Part shown: piece after piece, positions 41,621 through 52,800 of the stretch
Position numbering within the stretch: position 1 is the first letter of the stretch
How the letters are laid out: every line of letters starts with the position of its first letter
Notes under the pieces: generated by a model
The model's input: the letters and a program-made list of their open reading frames with translations, nothing else
Database searches by the model: none
What the model was told of the DNA's origin: nothing
NCBI GenBank assembly: GCA_000165345.1
Contig: CM000435.1
Coordinates: forward strand, 960,001-1,024,000
Length of the DNA stretch: 64,000 bases
Reading direction: 5' to 3'
Position numbers and translations under genes: made by a program

Positions 41621-41994
41621 CATGTATTTAGTTTTAAAGCAAGAATTATATTAAGATCTTCAAGATTGAATATTATGAGAGAGGAATTACCAATACAATT
41701 TGAATTAGTGAGAGTTTAATCGGCTCACTATTTCCTGATCTGTATCACTTATATTTGTGTTAAATTATCATGATACCTCTATATTTACTCGATACCGCGA
41801 TACATTACTTGAATTTCTTAGATTTCCAGTAGTTGAGAAACTGAATAAGGCCAAGTAAAAAAAAGGGTTTTATTATAATTGCAGTAAGTTCGTTAATAAA
41901 CTAGCGGCTCGCCTGTAGTGTATCTCTTAGGCTCACACTAAACAAACGTATTAGCACGCATAATCAAGGCCAGGACTTATTACTTTGTGAGAAA

Positions 41995-43360
41995 ATGAGT
42001 TCCTTAAGACTTTTGGTATTTGTTAGTCTTTTCTTAGGGGTCTTCACGCAAGACCAGATGTTTCTAGGAAACCCCAGATTTACTGGAGGCCTGCAAGAGA
42101 GAATCTTTTCGTCTTTCCCGGCAATCTTTAATAGGGCCGATAACAAGAGCAGCAACTCTACTGAGGAGCTGGAAGCAAAACCAACAGAGCGTCCAGAGGT
42201 ACCAAGAGTGGAGGAAAAGGGTAAACCACAAAAAGATGAGCCCAAGAATGAAGGGACTCAGAACAGTAAAGGTAAGTTCGAGATAAGAACGAAAGAGGAA
42301 AAGGGAGCAGCAAGGAAAACCTGATGCTGAATCCCTTAATCTCGCCAGAAACAACCGAATTAACGAATATTCATTTCTAGGAAGCGAATTCAATAAGAAT
42401 CTAAGAGCAAAAAGCGTAACACAAACAAAGACCAAGGAACAGCTCAGAAGGGAATTGATAGATGGGAGCTTTGCGGAGTTTATGGAATTAGTAGAAAAGG
42501 AAGTGGAAGCTGTTGGACAAGTCCCAATGGATCATTTTGATCCAGATATCTCAGTTGTTATTCCAGTTGCTTTTGATGACCTAAGGTCATTCCCTGTTCT
42601 GCTATCAGTACTTAGATTACAAACCCTGAGACCAGAAGAAATAATTATCGTATTTGATTTTCCAGAACACGAGGTTGAAGCCAGGGCTAAGGCAATGGAA
42701 GAAGTTAAGAAATACAGTAGCAGTCTGAGAAATCTTAGACCATTCTTCAGAATCCCTCCACCTCCTCCAAACCACAGAGCAGGATCAAACAGACTTTATG
42801 GAGCATCAAAAGCCAAGAATGAAATCATAATATTCTTTGACAGTGATGATCTAATGCATCCACAAAGAGTTGAGTATGTCTCCAGAGCCTTTAAAGCCAA
42901 TAAAGATATGGATGCCTTCTTAACTGAGTACTTCGTGGAGCAGATGGACACAACAGAACAAGCCAAAGAAATGCCAAGCAAATCCATGATTGATATTAAA
43001 ACCAAATTTGACCTTGATCAAATTGAAAGAGAGGGTAAACTCTTGAGGAACTCTTATGAGGAGGAATTTAAAGAAGCTGAAAAAGCTGTCAAAGAGTATG
43101 GATTAAAATGTCCATGGGATCCCAATGATAAGCTAACTGAAATCAACTGGCCAGAAACTCACGGTTGGTGGCTTTACTGTTGCCATAATGGGTGGTTAAC
43201 AATCAAAAGAAGTGTGTTAATAGAAGTTCCATATCCCGATAAACCGTCTGGGGAAGATTCATTGTATGTGTTTAGACTCCTAATGAGCAGAAAGAATGTT
43301 GGTCATAGTACTGTTCCTTTGGGAGTGTACGTCCTAGGAAACACATATGAAGTCAGGTAA
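41995..43360 (+). CDS. Two-exon gene: type-II/secretory GT2-like (GT-A, DxD) glycosyltransferase. join(41995..42271,42381..43360).
   Basis: Exon 1 begins at ATG and encodes MSSLRLLVFVSLFLGVFTQDQ, a signal anchor. It ends ...AAA G|GTAAGT (42272). A 109-nt intron ends ttcatttctAG (42379-80). Exon 2 is in phase 1 and open to the stop at 43360. GT2 signature GASKAKNEIIIFFDSDDLMHPQRVEY. The track ORF 42455..43360 begins at an internal TTG. Confidence 0.55.
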
Positions 43361-43445
43361 CCAAGTTCACTGTACTTGATAGCATTTATGGCAGTACATC
43401 TTATAGAAACTATTCATTCTTGCTGAATCTGCTTTGAGCTGATGT

Positions 43446-44594
43446 TTACTTCCAGACTTTACAATCTTGGATCTTGAGTCCTTCAACCTCGTCATCATTG
43501 CAGAAATAATCAGTGATGAGCTTTTTGTCAGCAGGTTTGGAAATGTCGAGCTTAGTGAAGGTGTGGTATTCGTAGGAAGGATGGGATTGCATTTCCTCAG
43601 GAATATCTGCTCCCCTAAACATGAACACTCCCTGATAGTCGAAGTTATTACCCTCTCCAACGATATTGATAACACCAAAGGAGTACTTTCTGAAGTTGTT
43701 GTCGAGCCTTTGCAAGAAGCCACCAACCATGTTGCTTGCTCTGAATGCAACATCCAATTCATCTGGGAGCTTATTGTATTTCATATAGTAGAAACTATAT
43801 CCATTGGCATCAAAGTTCTGGTAGAGCCATGGCATTGCGACTCCTTTCAAGTCCTTAGTATTTGAGTATACACGTTTCCACTCGTCCATACTCATTGAGG
43901 TTGGAGGGAGACTATCTAATGGGTTATCCTTCTTCTTTGGTTTCTCTTCAGAGGCATCAGCAGATCCAGATTGGGGCTTAGCCTGAGAATCCTTAGATGC
44001 TGAACATTTCTTTACATACTCACCATAGTGTTTCTTGATTGAAGGTTGAGCAAGAATCGTGTCAATATATCTTTGTAGATTCACACAACTCTTCAATGAA
44101 AGAGCACCAGCAGAACACTTAATTGAACAATCAATAATAGTGGCTAATAAGACATCAGCAATAGTAATACGCTCACCAGCAACAAAAGTACGGTAGTTAA
44201 AGTACTTGTTAAAGCTCTCAAATATCTTTGTTAATTCAGATCCATATGATTTAACATCCCCACTCTTCTTGAAAAGTGGCACAACAAGTGATGACAATGT
44301 TGTGTCGATGTACTGCAAGATCATGTCAACATGGGTTGCATCAGAGTCAGTTCTTCCATATAAGTTAGTATATGGAGAACCTCTTGCAAGGAAACGCAAT
44401 ATTGTGCTTGTTCCAAATATTTTTCCAAATTGAGTGTCGAGTACTGGAGTTCCAAATGCAAGATGGAAATCCAAGTCTTTGTGGTCTGTGCCGTCACTCA
44501 CTTTGTGGCTGATCTTATCTCCTGTGATCTCAGCAACAGATTTGATGATTGATACCAATGGACATGAATCTAATCCAAATAATGTGTACACCAT
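43446..44594 (-). CDS. Translation elongation factor 1-gamma (GST-like N-domain plus EF1G domain), 382 aa
   Basis: GST-fold N-terminus with an ILRFLAR-like motif. There is a Lys-rich linker. The C-terminal EF1G domain is MDEWKRVYSN...WLYQNFDANGYSFYYMKYN...ending VWK. Confidence 0.85.
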   Translation of the reverse strand: MVYTLFGLDSCPLVSIIKSVAEITGDKISHKVSDGTDHKDLDFHLAFGTPVLDTQFGKIFGTSTILRFLARGSPYTNLYGRTDSDATHVDMILQYIDTTLSSLVVPLFKKSGDVKSYGSELTKIFESFNKYFNYRTFVAGERITIADVLLATIIDCSIKCSAGALSLKSCVNLQRYIDTILAQPSIKKHYGEYVKKCSASKDSQAKPQSGSADASEEKPKKKDNPLDSLPPTSMSMDEWKRVYSNTKDLKGVAMPWLYQNFDANGYSFYYMKYNKLPDELDVAFRASNMVGGFLQRLDNNFRKYSFGVINIVGEGNNFDYQGVFMFRGADIPEEMQSHPSYEYHTFTKLDISKPADKKLITDYFCNDDEVEGLKIQDCKVWK

Positions 44595-44965
44595 CCTGAA
44601 TTACTTAGTAAAACAATTATTCAAAATAAACTTAAGTAGAAAGAAAAAAAAACAATAAAGAATTGTATCTTATGTCAATTCTGTCCCTCGTAGTTCTAAG
44701 GTTATTTAATTTCATGTTTTGAGCGCCTTTTTTTGTGAGAATATTATTTATTAAATCTTAGTTGCTCATATAATGTATTCCGCCTAAAAACATTATTTAT
44801 TTATTTACTATTTAAATTCACATAAAGCTTAATAAATCTACTATCGTTCGTCATTAAATAAAAATATGTTAACAAAGTCTCTCTTGTTCAAATATGTATT
44901 ATCTAATGAATACACTTTCTTTTTTGTTTAATTTTTATTTCGTTACCTATTTTAATATTCATTTA

Positions 44966-45008
44966 CGACGTGTGCGCGTGGCGCGCGTCTACATTGGGCG
45001 GCAACATG
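44966..45008. promoter_or_regulatory. GC-rich island GACGTGTGCGCGTGGCGCGCGTCTACATTGGGCGGCAACATGG in the EF1-gamma / RPL6 divergent promoter. Boxes TTTTGAGCGCCTTTTT (44717-44735) and ATTCCGCCTAAAAAC (44777-44791) lie nearer EF1-gamma.
   Basis: A 43-nt stretch at about 70 percent GC inside 85 percent AT DNA. It contains a GACGTG element plus overlapping GGCGCGCG and GGGCGG cores. Confidence 0.45.
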
Positions 45009-45279
45009 GAACAATTAAGATAATTATAGAAATAAATAGGCGAAAGTAATGACATAATTTGCACAATAACTATAAATATAATAAATAAGAAAAAGAAGAA
45101 AATTTATAATTAAAATGAATATAAATAAGCAAAATTAACGTTTATGTCTTTAAACTGTCTCAGCTTGTCTTGCAAGAAAAAAGCAATGGCAAGGGAAAAA
45201 AAAGCCTCAAAGGAGGAAGCGTTGTAAAGTAGAATAGGTTATTCTTTTTTACTATATTAAAGGTTTAAAAAATCTGAAG

Positions 45280-45834
45280 ATGACAGAAAAAATTCAGCTC
45301 TATAAGCCACGTGATCGTGTCAAGGTTACCCTTAGAAGAAAATACTCTTCTCGTCGCAAGGCATCAGTAGTTGCCCCAAAATTGAGAAGCTCCTTACAAC
45401 CAGGTGTTGTTTGCATCCTATTAGCTGGTCCATACAAGGGTAAGAGAGTCGTTATGTTGAAGGCTCTTCCATCAGGTTTGGTAGTTGTGACAGGTCCATA
45501 CGCTTTGAATGGTGTTCCAGTTAGAAGAGTCAACCCTGCCTATATCATCGCAACCAGTACTAAGGTTGATGTCTCCAAGGCAGACGTCTCCAAGTTCACC
45601 GATGAGTATTTTAAGGTTGATAGATCCAAGCTCAAGAAGAGCAAGGATACCTTTATGGATCAAGGTGAGGAAACCAAAGTAAACAGAGTCGTCAGTGAGG
45701 AGAGAAAGAAGACCCAACAGGCTTTGGACGCCTCTATTATCCCATCCATCCAGTCAAACCCATTGATGATGAGCTATTTAAAGACAAGATTCACATTGAC
45801 CAGTGGTATGTTCCCCCATAAGCTCAAGTTCTAA
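45280..45834 (+). CDS. 60S ribosomal protein L6e (eL6), 184 aa
   Basis: VCILLAGPYKGKRVVMLKALPSGLVVVTGPYALNGVPVRRVNPAYIIATSTKVDVS and the C-terminal FPHKLKF match eL6. Confidence 0.85.
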   Translation: MTEKIQLYKPRDRVKVTLRRKYSSRRKASVVAPKLRSSLQPGVVCILLAGPYKGKRVVMLKALPSGLVVVTGPYALNGVPVRRVNPAYIIATSTKVDVSKADVSKFTDEYFKVDRSKLKKSKDTFMDQGEETKVNRVVSEERKKTQQALDASIIPSIQSNPLMMSYLKTRFTLTSGMFPHKLKF

Positions 45835-46311
45835 ATTACAGAACTTCTTTGGAAAGGAACCGTGAAGCTGTTAACTCTGTTAATATAGCTTGCTTAATTC
45901 ACCTACGCCATTACCATTTTACTGTTTTTTTAGAATATACAAGCGTTAATATTATTATAACGGACTATCTTGATTCTTTTTTTTCTTTCTCTCTTCTTTT
46001 TATTCCTCAAATCCATGTATTAACTTCTTTTACACGGTCAATGATCTCGTTACCCTAATAGATTAACATCTTGATTCCTTGCCTATTGTGGCGCCACTCT
46101 CATTTGGCTTGCATTTCCTGCAACATTCCTCTCAATCCATTGAACAGTGAAAAGATTAGAAAAAGGAAAAGTAGTTCAAAAAAAAAATAATCTGAAAAAT
46201 AATTTAAGTTTTAAATTACCTATATAACTTCTCTAACACAATATCTGTCTCTAATCACTATCTTACTTTTATCATTTTTGCTACTTTCTCATTTTTTACA
46301 TGAATTATGTA

Positions 46312-46337
46312 GACGTGACGTGGCGCCGGTATAGGCG
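46312..46337. promoter_or_regulatory. GACGTGACGTGGCGCCGGTATAGGCG composite element about 230 nt upstream of CDC14
   Basis: A tandem (G)ACGTG(A)CGTG sequence is fused to GGCGCC. The architecture is the same as the island at 44966. Confidence 0.4.
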
Positions 46338-46558
46338 ATACCATATAGATGCTAGTCAATTTTACAAATGACATGTTCTTTTTTTCCCTAAAGAAAAAGA
46401 ATTTGAAGTAGAAACAGTCCTGAGAGATACTATAAAATAAATCTATAGGGAGCATACTGTTTGTTATTCTCATCAGTTTTCCTCTATTATCCCATTGATA
46501 ATTCATGCTCATTTCACAATCTAGAAAATAAAGCTCTCCATCTAAAAATCATACTCTA

Positions 46559-47920
46559 ATGAATTCTCGAAAGAAAATTAATAATATCATCCAAGGCTCT
46601 CTTACCCTGATAGAAAATAAGTTCTACTGGAGTTTGTGTACTAGTAATGTACCAAGTACAAGTGTTGATAAAAAAGGTACTAATTATTATTTCTGTATTG
46701 ATGATGAACTTGTATACGAGCCTTTCTTCCAAGACTTTGGACCATTAAATCTGAGATGCATTTATAAGTATTGCAAAAAAGTTGATAACCTTCTCAGGAC
46801 TGTTGAAAGTACCGGAGGATATATTGTTCAATGTACTAGCGTGTATGATATGAAAAAAAGAACCAACTCTGCCTTCTTAGCATGTTGTTATATGATGATC
46901 AGACAAGGAAAGACTCCTGGAAGTTCTCTTGCACTATTCAACTCTGTGCCCTTGCTTTCATTCAGAGATGCAACATATGGACCATGTTCATACTCTCTGA
47001 CTGTAGGAGATTGTTTACTAGGATTATATTATGCAATGTTATTGAAATGGTTTGATTATGAAACATTTGACATTAATGAATATAGTACATATGAAAAGGT
47101 TGAAAATGGAGATATCTCATGGGTTATTCCCAATAAGTTCATAGCTTTTAGCGGTCCAAGTGGAACAAGTGTTGACGAGGATGGCTATTTTTCCCTTACA
47201 CCCGAATTTTATATTCCAATCTTTAAAAAGCTCAAAGTCTCAACGGTTATTCGTCTTAATAAGAAACAATATGAGAGTGAAAGATTTACAAATAATGGAA
47301 TCAAACATGAAGAACTCTTCTTTATAGATGGTTCCTGTCCTCCACAAAATATACTTAACAGATTCTTGGAACTTACTGAAAACGAAAAAGGAGTTTTTGC
47401 AGTACACTGCAAAGCAGGACTTGGACGAACAGGAACACTTCTTGGCTGCTATGCCATCAAAAACTATAGATTTACAGCATCTGCATGGATTGGATGGAAC
47501 CGAATTGCAAGACCTGGAAGTGTATTAGGACCTCAACAACAGTTCCTACATGAAATTGAACCTAATCTCTTTGCGAGAGGCTCAATCCTCCCTCCAGAAA
47601 TGAGACTTGATACAAAAATCCCACTTATAGCTAGGAAAGTCCAAGATGCAGTTCAAAAGCAAGCTAAAATCAGACAAATACAGTGTATCAGTTCACAATT
47701 CATGGAAAACAAAAATTCGGATCTTAGTAAATATCCTATTACTATGCAACAGAATAAAATATCGAAGGATACTACCAATAATCATGACGATATTTCTATA
47801 GAACAAGAAGTCATACAGATGATGTCGAACCTCAGTGCTGTCGACAATATTGCTATCTTAGGTGATGCTGGCCAAGGTGAAAGATTGGTCCATGCGAAAA
47901 AAAATATCATCTCAAAATAA
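46559..47920 (+). CDS. CDC14-type dual-specificity protein phosphatase (453 aa)
   Basis: DSPn N-domain FQDFGPLNL. Catalytic loop VHCKAGLGRTGTLLGCYAI. The C-terminal tail is low complexity. Confidence 0.85.
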   Translation: MNSRKKINNIIQGSLTLIENKFYWSLCTSNVPSTSVDKKGTNYYFCIDDELVYEPFFQDFGPLNLRCIYKYCKKVDNLLRTVESTGGYIVQCTSVYDMKKRTNSAFLACCYMMIRQGKTPGSSLALFNSVPLLSFRDATYGPCSYSLTVGDCLLGLYYAMLLKWFDYETFDINEYSTYEKVENGDISWVIPNKFIAFSGPSGTSVDEDGYFSLTPEFYIPIFKKLKVSTVIRLNKKQYESERFTNNGIKHEELFFIDGSCPPQNILNRFLELTENEKGVFAVHCKAGLGRTGTLLGCYAIKNYRFTASAWIGWNRIARPGSVLGPQQQFLHEIEPNLFARGSILPPEMRLDTKIPLIARKVQDAVQKQAKIRQIQCISSQFMENKNSDLSKYPITMQQNKISKDTTNNHDDISIEQEVIQMMSNLSAVDNIAILGDAGQGERLVHAKKNIISK

Positions 47921-47993
47921 TTAGTTAATTATAAATAGTAATATTTTCCTATTTAATAAAACTCGATTATAATTGCATACCTCTAAAACTTGA

Positions 47994-49151
47994 TTACTTC
48001 TCCTTCTCCTCTTTTGAATTATGTTCTTGATTATTCTGTAAAGCATAGAGATTGGAATAAACACCATATGGAGTATAAGGGATGAAATAAGGTGTAAAAC
48101 ATGGGTTTGAGGAGTAATAGCATTGATTAACGTAAGGATAAACCTCCATCTGGTGTTGGTTTCTTACATTTTCGGAAGTTAAATTCGTATTCTGTAAGTC
48201 AAGCTGCATTTGAGGTAATGCATTATAATAATCATAAAAGTATCCTGATTGTACAGGGAATGACAGAGGATAAGAACCTTGAAGCTCTGTTGCAGGTGTA
48301 TCTGACTTCTTATTAGCATTTGATGTATCTTTTTGCTTGAAAGCAAGAGAGACAAATGTTACCTTCCCATCCACAATTCTTTCTGGATGTTGAAGAACTT
48401 TCATCATGTCTCCTAGGTTATTAAAAGTAATGAAACCATACTTTCTAGATTTCCCAGTATTATGATCACGCATAACAAAACACTCCTCAATATCTTCAAA
48501 CTCAGAAAATGCTTGTCTCAGGCTCTCATTGGTTGTTGATTCAGATAAATTTCTAATAAAAAGCTTTTTTTTAAATATAGTGGATGTGAGGCGTTGATTG
48601 GATTCCATCACCTGTTTATTACAATCAATAGGGCCGCATGTAAACTCAGAAAAAGGATCAGCAGCTAATTTGACCAATAATTGTCTCCCATTAAGAATTA
48701 AATTTTCGTTAAATAATTTCTTAATTGATTCACTACTCTTGTACGTAACAAATCCATAACCTCTTGATCTCCCATTCTTCTCTCGAATTATAGTGGAGTC
48801 CTCAATCTCACCAAACTTTTCGAATAAATTCAAAAATACCTTATCTGAAGTCTGGAAGGAAATGTTTCTAACCATTACTCTTCTGCTAACAGGGCTTCTT
48901 TCAACAATTAACTTACAAGCATTACCAATAATATTATAAAGATAAGCAGATTTGCTTAAAATATCAACAAGCTGCTCTTTTGATAACAGAGAAACGACGT
49001 TTCTAAATTCAACTATACCCTCCTCCTCGAGCTCATATTCCCCTGTCAAAAATTCAAGAGCAGAACAAGGTAATTGCTGGCAATTACTTAACATCTCTTT
49101 AGATTCCATGTCTCTTTCTTTTTTAGCTCCTATTTTGTTCGTCATTTTCAA
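47994..49151 (-). CDS. RNA-binding protein with two RRM domains and a Tyr/Gln/Asn-rich C-terminal low-complexity tail
   Basis: RRM1 is RRVMVRNISFQTSDKVFLNLFEKFGEIEDSTIIREKNGRSRGYGFVTYKS. RRM2 is KKLFIRNLSESTTNESLRQAFSEFEDIEECFVMRDHNTGKSRKYGFITFNN. The track start is a TTG, so the true start is probably the internal MESKEM or MTNK ATG. Confidence 0.75.
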   Translation of the reverse strand: MKMTNKIGAKKERDMESKEMLSNCQQLPCSALEFLTGEYELEEEGIVEFRNVVSLLSKEQLVDILSKSAYLYNIIGNACKLIVERSPVSRRVMVRNISFQTSDKVFLNLFEKFGEIEDSTIIREKNGRSRGYGFVTYKSSESIKKLFNENLILNGRQLLVKLAADPFSEFTCGPIDCNKQVMESNQRLTSTIFKKKLFIRNLSESTTNESLRQAFSEFEDIEECFVMRDHNTGKSRKYGFITFNNLGDMMKVLQHPERIVDGKVTFVSLAFKQKDTSNANKKSDTPATELQGSYPLSFPVQSGYFYDYYNALPQMQLDLQNTNLTSENVRNQHQMEVYPYVNQCYYSSNPCFTPYFIPYTPYGVYSNLYALQNNQEHNSKEEKEK

Positions 49152-49801
49152 AATTCACTTCAATGACCATAAAAAATACTCATTTGTTGGATGACTCGTT
49201 TTTATCTTCAATTCTACATCAGCAATATTAAAAGCTTTCTCAATTTTTTCACAGCTTAATTAATTAAATCCAAACAATGATCATAGAATTTCTAAGACCA
49301 GGATAAATAAAATTTGTTATATTCCCTACTTAGGCGCGCAAATGTTTCATATACTTTTTAAAAACTCTATTACGAGGATAACTTACATGAAGAATTTTCT
49401 TTAAATTGATTTTTGAATTTTGTCTTCTAAAGCTTCAGTTAGTGTAGGTTTCTCTAAACTTTTTTTCTTTTTCTTTTCTCTTTGTTTAAAATCTGTGGCT
49501 TCAGTATCAAAGTCTTTTATTTGTCAATTAGTATTTGGAAAAACAACGCAAATCTTAGTAGAAAATTTACCAATTAAATTTCGATAAATTCTCCTGGAGA
49601 TTAATGAAATATAAATGTAATTCTTTTTCCTTTTTTTTTTTGTTTAGAAATAGGGCGGGTGAGCGAACTCTAAGTAAAAAAAACTAGTATTTCCACTAGC
49701 ATGAGAGTAAATATTTTGGGTCTAAATAACAAAATACAAGTTTAGAGGGGAGACACGGATGGTATAGTAGATTTTTAATTTCTTTTATAAGCTTACCTAA
49801 C

Positions 49802-52800
49802 CTATTCAATTATAAACCCAATCCTGTGTATGTCTTTATCATCCATTTCGAAGCATAGACCTCTCAAATAGTTGTACCCTTCGGACTGGTTGTATTCGGT
49901 GAACTTTGAAATTGTCTCACCGGACTGTGAGTACATTAAATACTTTCTTCCTATTTCATCGCTAGCATATACGTGAATCAGATTGTTTCTCGAGTTCATT
50001 CCGAATGAAAGACGTTTGAATATTGTAGCTGCGCTTCCTTGTTTTAGAATATACTCAGTCTTAGTTCCGATATCAAACATTCCAGTCCAGGAATCATCCA
50101 CAGAAACCCTTTCTGACCTGAACTGATTATGACAAGCTACGTACATTCCAACGATTCTTCCATCAGGTGGAGGAGAGGATAAATATAACATAATTGTTGC
50201 AACTCTGTGGTTAACCGGACAAAGAACTGCTGTATTCTTTGAGTTATCTTTATGTATTCCAACCAGTTTTCTGCAATAAGTAGAGAATTCATTCTTATCA
50301 TGGGTTACATAGCCTCCATATAATTCATTAAGGGATAGAGTTGTAATATTCTCCAAATTTGCATGAGAATTTACCTTTGGAATTCCCCTAACGGTTTTGC
50401 TTTCTTTAGGTTCTGATGCATAATGTCTATTAGTATGAATAATTTCTTCATCTATAGTTAGAGGCTCAATTTTACTCCAAACTTTCTCGTTGGTTTCAAA
50501 TGGTACTCCAACTGCATGAATTTTTCCGTTTGTCTCATCTAAATCAAAGCAAAGAGTACTTAGAATTTTCCCGTGATTTGAATCTGAAGACCAATAAATG
50601 CTTGATCCAAGACCTTCAGAGTTTATAGCTTTTGTCTTGAACTTGTTTAAAACGATTCCTTCTGAGTTGGAAACCAAAAAGAAACCAAAAGTATTTGAGT
50701 TTTTGCTGAAACCAAATTCAAGTTCTGAAACATTAATCATACTAATGGCCTTTTTCAAATTCTTATCATTACAAATTCCGATATTAAATGAAGAATTTTC
50801 ATCTTTGTCATCACAAACTGCTTTAAGACCAATAATTTCGGAATTATCTTCATTATAGCAAATGGTAATCTCTTTTATAGTAGTCTCACCACAAGATAGA
50901 CCAAAGCTTAGATTAACTTTGCTATTATGAATTCCTGCCCAACTTTCACAAATAGCTTCTGGTTCGTGAACTATAAATGAGTTTGAAATTTGAACGAATT
51001 TGGATTGTTCTACCTTTGAATTCTTGTTCCCAAGGGATTCCTTCTCCTCTTTAATAAAAGGAAATTGAGTTGGGGGTAAAATGAATTCATCTTCCCAGTA
51101 TAAGCCTTGGGATTTAAAGTATGCTCCAAAACCAGTAATTTCTTTAGATGTCTCTCCAAACTCCAAACAAATCATTGACAAAGAATATCCAATATATCTT
51201 CTGGTATATAAAGTAGGAATTTCCTCCTTATTAACACCAACAGGATAGATACTAGATCTTCCATCATTAATAAATAAATCAAATCCTTGTATTCCTGTTT
51301 TCTTGAAATCAAATGAAACATCAATCTCTGTTAGATATTGAGCAGGTAAATCTTTTGAATATCCTTTGTAATCTTGTGGAATATCCACTAAAGTTTCCAG
51401 ATCAACTTTTATTGAAGAATAACCAATCAAAGTTCTTCCTCCATTGTCACATTCAATAATAAAAGCAACAATTTTGGAATTATTCTCTGGTGAAATTTTC
51501 AAGGGGATAATTTTGGTAAATGAACTAGAATCAGGGCATGAGACAGTGAAAGTTTCTCTTATTTCTGTTGTTAATGGAGCTCTTGTAACTTGACATTGAG
51601 GATAGCTAATTTGATTAACAAAGATATTTCCAACAGATTTAATAGGATTTCCACCTTTGAGTGTCTCCATTTTTGGAGCAGGTTTAAGACCAATATTTAA
51701 TATACCTTCCTTTTTTAACTTGATTGAATTTCTAATCAGTCTACTTTGTATCAAAGTACAGAATGTGTCAAATGGACCATCTTTGATTTCACTGGATTTA
51801 GTTCCTTTTTTGTGACTAATCCCATTTTTACTGGATAAATATCTGTATATTAAGTTTGCTTCTCCAGAGAAAGTATGAGAATATGTTTCAAGCTTTGCAA
51901 GAAATCTATCAGAAAAAATGTTTGGGATTCCAGCAAGAACTGAATGAATATAATATGGTGGACTAATATCAAGGAGACTCTCAACCAAGCTGATATTACT
52001 TATTGTAATAAGATCTTGGTAAGTCCCAATAATAGCTCCAGAATATCCATCAGAACAAAGTAGTCCAACAATTCCCATTAGTTCAGTCTTTTTATTAGAC
52101 TTTGCATGTATATGGGTAATAACATGTCCTTTAGGACAAGTGAATGCAAAAGTACCAACATCTTTAGGTTTTTCTAATTTCTTATTCTTACGGTTAATTA
52201 CCCATTCATTCTTACATTCTTCTGGAGCTGAGGATCCTATTCTGGTTGCAATAGCAACATCACCAAAAGCAATATAGGCTAATCCAAAAGCTCTATATTC
52301 TCCAGGGTAGAAAATATTAGGTCTTACAATAGATTGACTAATTTTAACTTCTCCAGGAATTTCTGGTTTTGCTAAGGCGATTCCTTTAATTACAGACCTT
52401 CCATTTATTGTTTCAATTCCCAAACACATTCCATTGAATGATCCATCTTTTTCATATCTCCAGCTAATTTTTGAATCAGAAGTGATAATTTGTTTAAGTT
52501 TCTTGTCAACAGTTCTATGATAAAATAATTCATTACCTTCAGAATTATAGATTTTCAAGGATACTAAAATAAACTCATCAGAAAGATTTTCTCCTCTATA
52601 TCCAATTTCAAACCCAAGACTTTGAGCTTCTTGTACGTCTTCCATGATTGTAACTCCTTCCTTATTAGGAGTTTTTTCACCAATTCTAACTTCTCCATTT
52701 CCACAAGCTATTTGAAAAGCTTGAATAATATCTTCTGAAGTATTAGAAAATACATGCAAACCCTTTAAAAAATATCCAGGTTTACAAGTAACCAAGTAAT

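Noticed and set aside
34260-49141. Apparent single-base disagreements between the printed sequence and the track translations at line boundaries 34260/34261 (gatc|ctt versus required gatctt) and 49140/49141 (gttc|cgtc versus required gttcgtc)
   Set aside because: These are most likely rendering or reading artefacts rather than biology. Downstream coordinates are back in register, so I only flag a plus or minus 1 nt uncertainty nearby.
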